Below are positions 1 to 9,145 of a DNA stretch of 64,000 nucleotides, piece by piece. Position numbers and translations under genes: made by a program. How positions within the stretch are numbered: the stretch's first letter is position 1; each line of letters begins with the position of its first letter. Origin of the DNA: Hydrurus foetidus (taxonomy: Eukaryota); the NCBI GenBank assembly GCA_900617105.1, contig UYFQ01000759.1, positions 1 through 64,000 on the forward strand. Reading direction: 5' to 3'. Under the pieces are notes generated by a model. That model worked only from the letters and a program-made list of their open reading frames with translations, was not told the DNA's origin and did no database searches.

Positions 1-54
1 GTTTTCTACAGTCAATATGTAATAGATGCCAACCATCATGATTGATGTAGATAA

Positions 55-164
55 TGTCGGTGTGTGGGCGATGCCTATGAGTGCTATCTTCACAAACGCA
101 TTACCTGGCGCTCGGTAATAAGTTTGTGAAGATAGCACTCATAGACGATCCCCACACACTGACA
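55..164. repeat. Inverted repeat / pre-miRNA-like hairpin inside an intron of the thioesterase gene
   Basis: Arms of about 51 nt (55-105, 114-164) around the 8-nt loop TGGCGCTC. Perfect 23-bp core: CTATGAGTGCTATCTTCACAAAC (75-97) pairs with GTTTGTGAAGATAGCACTCATAG (122-144). Confidence 0.85.
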
Positions 165-218
165 CATATGGCTTTGCTTGATGATCGCTGCTATCTATGA
201 GTGCACCGATGATCTGAC

Positions 219-862
219 CTGAAGAATAGGAAGATTTTTTGCTTCGGTGGACATTGAATCAGGGTAGTCATCTCTCAATGGAAGCCAGGTGCTTAAAGCA
301 ACACATCCAGCAAAAGCAGTTGGGGAACGTAGGGAAAGATGAAGCGCAAGAGCTCCCCCTTGTGAGAATCCACCGATAGCTATCTTACTTGCTGGAATGC
401 CCCCTTCAATTTCTGCTCGCACTATGTTGGACATTCTTTTCGCCGATATCTCGAACCCGTCTTTGTCCTCTACGGATTCCATGCTCAGCCCATGTACATC
501 GCTCCATCCATTCATCAGCATGCCTCCATTAATGCTGATCGGTATCGAGTTTGCCGTAGGTAAAATAAATTTCGTGTCTTCAAAAGAAGGCATCATTTCG
601 GCCCATCCGTCCGCAGAGTCGCCCAATCCATGGAACCACAGAACAACTTTCGAATATGCGCCAGATTTTGGCATTAGCACTATTCCCTTACCTCCCTGCC
701 GTGGAGTTTAAATGCAATAGAATTTTTTATTTGTTACTACTTTAGCGAGCTGAAGATATTTGATTCTTTGTATGTCACCTGACCATCCGAGCGGGTGACC
801 TGCATAGACATACTTCGAGTGATAGAAGCGAAAAGGGCGATCTTTTTGAGCGCGAATTTCAT
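219..862 (-). CDS. Acyl-protein thioesterase / lysophospholipase-like alpha/beta hydrolase (phospholipase/carboxylesterase family); 3' exons lie beyond the left edge
   Basis: Motifs VVLWFHGLGDS and nucleophile elbow GGFSQGG. Exon 1 862-779 (MKFALKKIALFASITRSMSMQVTRSDGQ), GT-AG intron, exon 2 695-219 ending at CAG|GTCAG. Confidence 0.9.
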
Positions 863-2052
863 AGCAGGTGCTGGATTTATGACTGTGTCGAGTCATCATC
901 GAGAGAGAGACGAGAGAAGGCCGACCAAACTTTGATTACGTGTAGGTGTGCGTACGTGCGTACACAGTAGATAGAGTACATACTGTAGTACATACACGTT
1001 TGTTGAGAAGTACACGCGGTATACGGTATACATTATGTAGTATGCAATACCTCCAGACTACTCTGTCGAGCCTACACTGATGTCCAGTTTTTAATTAAGA
1101 ACTAACAATGAGCAGTTCGAGAGTTCTGTACTGAACCGGCAACTTTGATCGTTACTCAAACTTCGCAGCAATTGGTTTGAAATATGTTCTACTTTGCATA
1201 TTACATCTATGGTACTGCTGAAATTTACTTGTGCAGAGTCATAAATGTCATTTGCTGATACAAATTTACGTTCGTGTTCGATGACCTAGTGATCTATTCA
1301 CTTTTTCTTCTTGTTCATGAGGACACGTATTAGACCAGCGGTGGAGTGCGTCATCGTCATTGGTAGCCATTGTAGCGCGCAGGAGTTATGGAAGGTATCT
1401 TGGAGCACCTCAGAAACGCAAGGAATCTCCGTGGCAACCGAGCGCATTATGAAGATTAATGTAAATGCATGTTCCCGTCAGAATAACGCTGTAATAAGGC
1501 GTACGCTGTACGATTTGGAAGATATAGTAATATAAAGATAGATATGGAGATATGATACATCATCAGAGGGGACAGCAGCATTTTCAATTGAGAAGCACTG
1601 CTGTTTAGGAGAGAGTTCGATGAATTAAGTCGTGAAGAAATCTATGCTACCATATATCTCTCAAGATGTTCTTTCAGGACTCTCATGATATTCTGGACTC
1701 CTCTAAATTGTTGAGTTCCCTCTTTCTGATGTCGCAGGGACCAAATGAATTTTTGCTGGTTTCGAATATCCATTCTTCACACAATTATAAGATTGTGTGC
1801 TCTTTACTGGCTATTTTTAAAACTGTAGTGTTTAAGAGCGTGCTTTGGTTACGCCATTGCATTTTATGTTCCGTATGATCGATGTCTAAGCTGTTGGTTT
1901 CTGCGTGAACCGTTGACCGGGAATGAAATAGTCAAGGAAACTGGTTATTTACAGTTGAGTACCAGACAGGACGTGATCATAGAATATCTAATTGCTTTAT
2001 TACTGATGAACAGAGATCAGAAAAATTGCTGATTCATCACTACATGTCGGTG

Positions 2053-2313
2053 TCATCTTTTTATGTCGGATTCTAAAGTTTCAACAGCAATGATGGACTC
2101 GAGATCGTCCGTTTCCTTCATCTTAAACATAGCTAGATAGTAAACACCAAATACGCCCGCAAGTAGAGAGACAGCTGTTATGAGGTTCTTCTGCCGTATC
2201 GCAGGCGTCATCTTAAACGGGGGCAATTGCTGACAAAAATTTCTGGACCCAGACAAGCTTGCGGTGAAGGGTTTCATAATTGAAGAATAGAGCTTCAGAG
2301 AAAGGGATTTCAT
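2053..2313 (-). CDS. Small single-TM mitochondrial protein, cytochrome c oxidase assembly factor 3 (COA3/CCDC56)-like
   Basis: 86 aa with a basic/Ser-rich presequence-like N-terminus. RQKNLITAVSLLAGVFGVYYLAMFKMKETDDL fits the R-x-K-N + TM + acidic-tail pattern recalled for COA3. Confidence 0.6.
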   Translation of the reverse strand: MKSLSLKLYSSIMKPFTASLSGSRNFCQQLPPFKMTPAIRQKNLITAVSLLAGVFGVYYLAMFKMKETDDLESIIAVETLESDIKR

Positions 2314-2556
2314 TTCGGGGTTGTGTTTCTCAGTCCAGAAGATTACTCCAAGTCGTGTTCTTAAATCTATTGGAGAAGTGACAAAATTGAGAAAATAAGT
2401 CAGATGTCAGGTCGAAATTGCTCCTCAAAGCCTCCATTGCCAGGTCATTTCTTACTCTGGTGTTAATTCTCTGAAGTAATCTTTGCCGTACCGATGAAGG
2501 AGTTTCAATCCAGGAGATTCTCATAAAGGGACTCTATTGTTAGATGTGGTGTGTAT

Positions 2557-2796
2557 TGGAGGAGTTGGTGGAGTAAGCAGTACGTAACGCACTTACGATT
2601 TTGCGGTTGAAAACGCGTTGGAGTATAGGAATTCAAACGACATGAAAAAAAACAAAGCGTAACATAACATAACATTAGGTTAGGTCGACTCGTACTGTCA
2701 GAGAACGACTGAAACATTAATCACGAATAGGAGTTTGATCTCGCATTCTGTGACTGTCAATTCGTCATTCTTGCTTGTTTTTCCTTTCTTTCTTTC
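2557..2796 (+). repeat. Split direct repeat A1 (240 bp)
   Basis: TGGAGGAGTTGG...TTTCTTTCTTTC, identical to 8783-9022. Confidence 0.95.
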
Positions 2797-2811
2797 AATA
2801 ATCGAATTCCG

Positions 2812-4407
2812 ATGTCAGGACCATTACCCGATCCCTTGGATGATGGAGTGAAAGTTAAGAGAAGAAGATACAACGTGCAGTACGATTACGAGTTGGATAA
2901 ACAGGAAATTCTGAAAGCGAGATTGGGAATCGCATCGGCAATCAGCAACAGTTCAACGATGGAAAATTCCATGTGGCTCAAAAGCAGTAGTGACAAGATA
3001 CCTTCCACCGAAGTGGTGATGGGTAGTACACTTATTATCCCTGTCGATCTCCAGGACGAAGGCGAAATCATAAATGATGCATGGGTAACAAGTTCAAACT
3101 GGTATTTCTGTTATGTGGAGGAAATGAATCTGGATGGCACAGCTAAGGTAGTGATTCTAGGCACAATAATCGAAATGGATGAACAGCAGTTACCAACGGA
3201 ATGGTCGGCGACAGTAGCTCTACCAGCATATGTCCTATCGCTAAAAGGAAGGTTGAAGGAGATGAGCGATAATCTTCTTGTCACCTTGACTGAAGCCTCA
3301 AATGAGAAAGGTGAGATTGTAGCTACTTTGGCAGAAGTCAAAAAGATATCAATGTATGGCATACCAGATCTCGATGGAATACCGAGACCATGTTCAATGA
3401 AAGCAGAGGGAATAAAGAGAATGCTGAAAGTGGGGGGGCTAATCCGACTCCTAGGAGGACGATTCGATAGGTTGATCAAGGATTTGTCATACTCGAGGGA
3501 AACATTTATGGCAACTTGCCAAAGATATGCAGAGACAGCAGATAGTCTACCGAGGGATTCAATATTTAAATCGTTCGTTAAATTGCCAAAACTGAAAGGA
3601 CTGCCAGTATATGATAACGTGAAAACATTGGAAACGTTCTTGTTAGGAGACTATCCGCTGTACGATAGGTCAATGATATCCTTGAAAGATTTCATGAGTT
3701 TCAAGTCAGACAGTATAAAATGGGGGAAGTCACCGACAAGAGAGGGTCGAGCAGCATTTACAGATGCGTTCACAAACTTCCAAAGGGTCTTAGTCGTTTA
3801 CTTCGGTAACGACTACAGCGAATGCTGTAAAGATGTCTTGGACGTGTTGAATGAGGATGAGGATATTCTTCAGGAATATAATGACTCGTATATACAGATA
3901 AAAATGGAAATGGCAATATCGCTCTTCTATCACGACATCTACAAAGAGAAGGAATCGCTGGCGTACCCAACAATGTTACTGACCACTTCATCCCAGTGCG
4001 CAAGTTTATTAAGACATTACTTATGCGAGGAGATTGAGAGGGCGCGAAACCCATCACTCGAAAATAAATGGGAAAGACATCCCCATTCCAAGTTCTACTC
4101 ACAAGAAGGGACGTTCAATAAAGTTCAATTTAGAAAAGCGGTCAAATCGGAGGCACCAGTCAGTAAAGTGGACAGACCATTATGCATTTGGCATTCTGCA
4201 GGACTTCTACAAGTGAAGAACGCAAAGGATCAGCTCGTCGCTTGTCGCAGAGCACAGTGCGAATGGTCTCATCGAAGCTTATCAGAATGTACCAAAAAAG
4301 AGCTTCTCCTCAAAGCCGATTCACTCGGCGGGTTTAAAGCAAAGTATATCAAACAACTGAACACGATGACAAAAGATCTCAAGGACAGCCGCGACAAGGG
4401 CAAATAA
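2812..4407 (+). CDS. ORF1, gag-like protein of the YR retrotransposon (531 aa) with C-terminal CCCH-type zinc finger
   Basis: First ORF, starting 15 bp after A1. C-terminal CIWH...CRRAQCEWSH (C-x19-C-x4-C-x3-H). Gag identity is inferred from position. Confidence 0.75.
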   Translation: MSGPLPDPLDDGVKVKRRRYNVQYDYELDKQEILKARLGIASAISNSSTMENSMWLKSSSDKIPSTEVVMGSTLIIPVDLQDEGEIINDAWVTSSNWYFCYVEEMNLDGTAKVVILGTIIEMDEQQLPTEWSATVALPAYVLSLKGRLKEMSDNLLVTLTEASNEKGEIVATLAEVKKISMYGIPDLDGIPRPCSMKAEGIKRMLKVGGLIRLLGGRFDRLIKDLSYSRETFMATCQRYAETADSLPRDSIFKSFVKLPKLKGLPVYDNVKTLETFLLGDYPLYDRSMISLKDFMSFKSDSIKWGKSPTREGRAAFTDAFTNFQRVLVVYFGNDYSECCKDVLDVLNEDEDILQEYNDSYIQIKMEMAISLFYHDIYKEKESLAYPTMLLTTSSQCASLLRHYLCEEIERARNPSLENKWERHPHSKFYSQEGTFNKVQFRKAVKSEAPVSKVDRPLCIWHSAGLLQVKNAKDQLVACRRAQCEWSHRSLSECTKKELLLKADSLGGFKAKYIKQLNTMTKDLKDSRDKGK

Positions 4408-4461
4408 TGGCAACGCGATGTGGAACTGCGGTTCTCATCGCTTAGCAGGGTATCCCCTAAG

Positions 4462-7278
4462 ATGGGAAAGAAAACGATTGGAATTGGGGACGGTTTGAAC
4501 AAACAGGTCCAAGCGAGATGTATTGAAATTGAGAAGAATAACCCAAAGCAAAGTCCAACACTCGAAAAGACTTCAAGAGATAAGGCACTGATAGCAGTGA
4601 TCACTACGAACAAGGATGCACAACACACTCCATCAGATGCAACACGTTCTGATAGCAGAGCATCAAAGAGGGTAAGATGGAATCAAGAGAAACCATCTGA
4701 TACAATCATCAATAATCGCAATGAAGCATTACGAATCACCGATAAGACACTGATAGCAGTGCACACTACGAACGATGGTACGCAACACACACCATCAGAT
4801 GCAAGACATTCTGATAGCAGAGCATCAAAGAGAGTAAGATGGAATCAAGAGAAACCATCTGATACAATCATCAATAATCGCAATGAAGCATTACGAATCA
4901 CCGATAAGACACTGATAGCAGTGCACACAACAAGCGATGGTACGCAACGCACGCCATCAGATGCAAGACGTTCTGATAGCAGAGTACCAAAGAGAGTAAG
5001 ATGGAATCAAGAAGAGCTATCTAATACGACCATCAATGATTGCAATGAAGCATCGCTCATGGGTAGGCACCAAGAAAGTGCGAAGAACGAGTCACTGATA
5101 GCAGTGCCAACTACGAATGACGATACGCAAAGCATCCCGTCAAATGCAACACACTCCGCAAGCAGAGTATCAAGTACAGCAGTATGGAAACCTGATGAAC
5201 CATCTGATGCAATCGTAGAAAATGCATCGTATGACTTTGCGGTGAAGGATACCATCATGAAGCTTACTTTGATGTTTCCCGAGCAAGTAACAACAGAGAG
5301 AATGAAGAAAATAAAGGAAGTAGCGATCGAGGGTTACAAACTCGCAGACGATGTCTACACAGCAAGGGATGCGGAGGAATGGGGGGATCATTACAAGGTT
5401 CCCGATGAGCTAGTTCAAAGTGACGAAGCACTGTTTAGAGCAAGTATGCGCGACATCAAGGTTATGGCAAAGAGACGACAACAGCAGTTGCTCAGCGGAA
5501 GACTTAATGCTTCACGTGTCAGAATGCATACTCGCCCTGACAATCCCGAGAGAGAGAAGCTAATGCTCCTCGCAGAAAAAGGAATGCCTCTCCTTCTACG
5601 AGAAGGCTTTAAATCAAATGGACAAGGAAAGCTGCCTCCATTGCGCAAAACGTACATGTCGGTTAAATCGGCGGTGAATCGCCTGCTCGTGAAAAATTTC
5701 CACGAGTTAGGACTGGCATTCATTCTTACAAAAGAAACAGCGCTAACAATACCAGACATTCATTTTTCGCCGTTACACTGGACAGAAAAGCAAGGGAAAA
5801 GACAAGGCAGACCTATCGGTGATTGCTCTGATGGGGGTTCAGAAAATGGTAATGAGCCGCTCAATTCGTTGTCGACAAAAGAACGGTCGGACCAATTGTG
5901 GGGACAAATACATCACCCGTCTATAGATGACGTGGCGAATATGATAAACGATTACTACGAAACAGCTGTCAGAGATGATCCCACTTTAGAATGGAGCGAT
6001 CTGGAAATGTTCCAGAAAGACTTAAAAGGGGCGTTCACCCTTCTGTTCTTTGATGCAGACGGAGTTCAACATCTCGCAATGGAGATGACAGACGAGAAAG
6101 TGATCATCTTCACATGCGGCATATTCGGATGGACAGGGACTCCGGCTGCTTTTCAAGTCATCAATCGCGCAATAAAACACGAGTTAAAGCATGGTCTAAA
6201 AGGCTCAGCCTTAATGTACAGTGACGACATCTTTGTAGTGACGACAAAGAAGAACGCAGTTGCAGACATGCTCACCACAGATCAAGTGTGCTGTAACTTG
6301 ATGGGTCCAGACTCAATGGAACAGACGAAGGCAGGCTCTGGCCGACGCCTAACGTTCATTGGATATGACATCGATTTGGACAAGCGGCTAATCACAATTT
6401 CAAGACGAAATATACTGAGGGCGTTACATGGTTTTCTGATCGTCGACAAGGACGTTCCGATGAAAGTGAAAACAATGCAGAAGCTAGCTTCTTGGGCATC
6501 TCGATACGGCAAAATATGCGTATACATGAAGCCGTTCATCAGTGTACTTTACGCCGAGTACACTGGAAGGAATGACCACGCATCGTTCCAAATATCAGCA
6601 AGAGCCTGGCAGGTTATCCGCTACTTTCGTGTGTTGCTAGGACTCACTGCGGTTAACGATGTAGAGTTTGCTAGGCCGCTCAAGTCGTTCAAGAGGGCGA
6701 CATCAAACTTGATAATAGAGTTTGACGCGTCCTTAACAGGAATAGGACTGTTGTATTATCAACAATCGGGGAACGCAGAGGTTCTTTTAGGAGGGGGATC
6801 AGTAGACATCTCCGCTCTGCACTTTGCGTCAGAGGCATCGTACCAAAACACGGCAGAGTTTATCGCAGCGGTCTTAGGTATAAGGGGCCTACGTCAGTTG
6901 CGATTGCAACCCGATAGCGTTTGTCTACGAGGAGACAGTATGACAGCACTGACGTGGGCATCAACAGGAAGATTCCGAGGAGAGTTAGTGGGAAACGCAG
7001 CGGCGGTATTCGTCCTGCAAAACATCTACGAAAAAGTGACAATCAGCGAAGTAATACATATTGCAGCTGAAGATAATTGGAGGGCTGATTACCTCTCTAG
7101 AGGAGGAACATTGGACGACCTGTACAAAAAAGATACTCTACTAAAGAAGGCTCAAACTGTAGAACTCAATGGAGATATGATCATACAGATGTGTGACCCG
7201 GGAAGACCAACAACAACAGATGAAGAATTTAATAGTTTCTGGTGCGACATGCGTCGCATTCTCGGAATTAATTATTAA
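4462..7278 (+). CDS. ORF2, reverse transcriptase + RNase H (frame open from 4408; first ATG at 4462)
   Basis: RT motifs HFSPLHWTEK...RPIGDCS, KDLKGAF, IFGWTGTPAAF, LMYSDDIF, FIGYDID. RNase H motifs FDASLTGIG, NTAEFIA, GDSMTA, HIAAEDNWRADYLSR. No methyltransferase domain follows. Confidence 0.95.
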   Translation: MGKKTIGIGDGLNKQVQARCIEIEKNNPKQSPTLEKTSRDKALIAVITTNKDAQHTPSDATRSDSRASKRVRWNQEKPSDTIINNRNEALRITDKTLIAVHTTNDGTQHTPSDARHSDSRASKRVRWNQEKPSDTIINNRNEALRITDKTLIAVHTTSDGTQRTPSDARRSDSRVPKRVRWNQEELSNTTINDCNEASLMGRHQESAKNESLIAVPTTNDDTQSIPSNATHSASRVSSTAVWKPDEPSDAIVENASYDFAVKDTIMKLTLMFPEQVTTERMKKIKEVAIEGYKLADDVYTARDAEEWGDHYKVPDELVQSDEALFRASMRDIKVMAKRRQQQLLSGRLNASRVRMHTRPDNPEREKLMLLAEKGMPLLLREGFKSNGQGKLPPLRKTYMSVKSAVNRLLVKNFHELGLAFILTKETALTIPDIHFSPLHWTEKQGKRQGRPIGDCSDGGSENGNEPLNSLSTKERSDQLWGQIHHPSIDDVANMINDYYETAVRDDPTLEWSDLEMFQKDLKGAFTLLFFDADGVQHLAMEMTDEKVIIFTCGIFGWTGTPAAFQVINRAIKHELKHGLKGSALMYSDDIFVVTTKKNAVADMLTTDQVCCNLMGPDSMEQTKAGSGRRLTFIGYDIDLDKRLITISRRNILRALHGFLIVDKDVPMKVKTMQKLASWASRYGKICVYMKPFISVLYAEYTGRNDHASFQISARAWQVIRYFRVLLGLTAVNDVEFARPLKSFKRATSNLIIEFDASLTGIGLLYYQQSGNAEVLLGGGSVDISALHFASEASYQNTAEFIAAVLGIRGLRQLRLQPDSVCLRGDSMTALTWASTGRFRGELVGNAAAVFVLQNIYEKVTISEVIHIAAEDNWRADYLSRGGTLDDLYKKDTLLKKAQTVELNGDMIIQMCDPGRPTTTDEEFNSFWCDMRRILGINY
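4579..5220 (+). repeat. 162-bp (54-aa) tandem repeat in the pol N-terminus; three well-conserved copies plus one degenerate copy
   Basis: GATAAG(G/A)CACTGATAGCAGTG recurs at 4579, 4741 and 4903 (period 162). A fourth degenerate copy starts near 5090. Confidence 0.95.
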
Positions 7279-8563
7279 ACCACCATCTGTTCACTTATCG
7301 ACGTTAGGTAACAGGAGAGCATCGCAGGCGGATACAGCGGGATATAGTACTGTCAGCGCAAGCGAAAGTGCGATCCTCACAGAGTTCCTCAGCAACAGTG
7401 TGACAGCAGGAACAGTACGAAGTTACAAAGTCGGAGCTGACGCGTGGAGAGAATATCTGAGCACCCTCGACAGTGACAGTCATCCGGGAGAATACCTGGA
7501 GAGAGTGGAAAGCCAGAATGGAAAAGCACAAAGAGTGGTGTTATTCATGGCGTACTTATATATGAGTGAGGGGTTAAGGGATGAGCAGATCAAACGGATG
7601 GTCACTGGTTTGACGTACATGCTGGAAGTCAGAGGATTGGACGCGAGTTTCATGCATTTGGCTGTGGTGTCTCGCGGTAGGGCAGCGACAAGCCGATCCT
7701 CTGAGGAGTGCAGAGTGTACGAAGAAAAGAGAAGTGAAAAAGTGATATTACCCGTGTGCCTTGACATAGTACTAGGGGTAAGAGAGAAGTATTGGGTTGA
7801 ACAAGATTGGGATATGAAAGGAATGGACAAGAGGGGAATATGGTTAGCTATCTGTCTCGGTTTCGATTCAGGGCTGCGTATAGGCAATTTAACAAAGAAG
7901 GATGGACCTCATGGAGCGGATCATTGCATTCGAGCAGGCCAACTCACTTTCCTAGTGAGGGATCCGAATACAGCAGAGGAAAGGAGACTGAGGGGAGGCT
8001 CCACAATAGCAAATTTTTTAAAAAGAGCGGATGTCACGTTGGAAATGGTTAGCGCAGTGGATATGGTATACGTTACGTCAAAAACATCAAGAAAAGTAAA
8101 ATCGCTCATTGAGAATCCAAAGACACTATCAAGGCGCACGGACATAGAAAGTATGGTATTGGACGATTTACTTCAATGGTTTATACATTCACAGGTGCAG
8201 GAAACGGACGAGCTGCTTACAAGATACAGCAGCACGGGTTCGAGAAAAGTCGTAATAAGAAAAGACGTCAGAAAAGCAATTAAACTAGCAGTAAGTGGAG
8301 TAGGCCTACCGCCAACGAACTTCTCAACGAAGTCACTCAGATCTGGGTTTGGGACACATGCAACAGCTAATGGAATGGATGCTACTGAAATGAAGTCAAG
8401 AGGCGGATGGGTCTCGACGTCCAGCGTCCCAGATAATCATTATGTGAGGCATATGCACAGCAGAGGAGCATTGGCACTGTCCACTTCTGGGTCGGGGGTG
8501 CAGATGCATGGTGTGGGCGAAATCGCGAGAATGTTACCTCCAGTCTCAGAGAGTTCCAACTAG
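7220..8563 (+). CDS. ORF3, tyrosine recombinase (overlaps the pol 3' end in the +1 frame)
   Basis: N-terminal helical region (SVTAGTVRSY...W), box I GFDSGLRIGNL, catalytic Lys region SKTS, box II FSTKSLRSG...GGW...NHY. Confidence 0.9.
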   Translation: MKNLIVSGATCVAFSELIIKPPSVHLSTLGNRRASQADTAGYSTVSASESAILTEFLSNSVTAGTVRSYKVGADAWREYLSTLDSDSHPGEYLERVESQNGKAQRVVLFMAYLYMSEGLRDEQIKRMVTGLTYMLEVRGLDASFMHLAVVSRGRAATSRSSEECRVYEEKRSEKVILPVCLDIVLGVREKYWVEQDWDMKGMDKRGIWLAICLGFDSGLRIGNLTKKDGPHGADHCIRAGQLTFLVRDPNTAEERRLRGGSTIANFLKRADVTLEMVSAVDMVYVTSKTSRKVKSLIENPKTLSRRTDIESMVLDDLLQWFIHSQVQETDELLTRYSSTGSRKVVIRKDVRKAIKLAVSGVGLPPTNFSTKSLRSGFGTHATANGMDATEMKSRGGWVSTSSVPDNHYVRHMHSRGALALSTSGSGVQMHGVGEIARMLPPVSESSN

Positions 8564-8603
8564 TCTCGAGGTATATAACATCATTTGGGGGGAGCCTAGT
8601 GGA

Positions 8604-8784
8604 AGAGATGTGCTAGGTATTGATACTACTCGTAAGGACCACCCAACTTGTGTATGTGAGACTCAAGTCGATAAATAATCACAACCGTGCGAACCCTCTG
8701 TAAACGCATCCATGACTAGCCAGAGGATTCGAGGCATTAAGGAATCTGGAGTCCGAGGTTCCGACGAGGGCCAGTAGCAAAATG
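8604..8784 (+). repeat. Split direct repeat B1 (181 bp)
   Basis: AGAGATGTGCTAGG...GTAGCAAAATG, identical to 9146-9326. Confidence 0.95.
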
Positions 8785-9022
8785 GAGGAGTTGGTGGAGT
8801 AAGCAGTACGTAACGCACTTACGATTTTGCGGTTGAAAACGCGTTGGAGTATAGGAATTCAAACGACATGAAAAAAAACAAAGCGTAACATAACATAACA
8901 TTAGGTTAGGTCGACTCGTACTGTCAGAGAACGACTGAAACATTAATCACGAATAGGAGTTTGATCTCGCATTCTGTGACTGTCAATTCGTCATTCTTGC
9001 TTGTTTTTCCTTTCTTTCTTTC
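8783..9022 (+). repeat. Split direct repeat A2 (240 bp), fused to B1 through a shared TG
   Basis: Identical to A1. Confidence 0.95.
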
Positions 9023-9145
9023 CCTCCCACCCACCCATCGAAAACTACTTTAACATTTAGTAGGTTAGTTACATTAAACTTACATACACTGTCCTGAGAG
9101 TATGTACACCCATAGTCTTAGCAAATAAGGGGTACGTCTAGTTAC

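Noticed and set aside
1538..1660. Weak hairpin centred on ACAGCAG...CTGCTGT
   Set aside because: Short, interrupted stems that are not distinguishable from chance.
2674..2684. TTAGGTTAGG telomere-like motif in repeat A
   Set aside because: Only two units; expected by chance.
4579..5220. Regularly spaced repeats as a CRISPR array
   Set aside because: Whole 162-bp units repeat in frame within an ORF, with no unique spacers and no cas genes; eukaryotic context.
2557..9022. A1/A2 read as the LTRs of a Ty3/copia element
   Set aside because: No integrase or protease, no TG...CA ends or TSD. The second repeat pair (B1/B2) and the YR ORF show a split-direct-repeat element.
9023..9145. Hammerhead or other ribozyme in the A2-B2 spacer
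   Set aside because: CTGAGAG is present, but I could not build a CUGANGA/GAAA core with the three required stems by eye.
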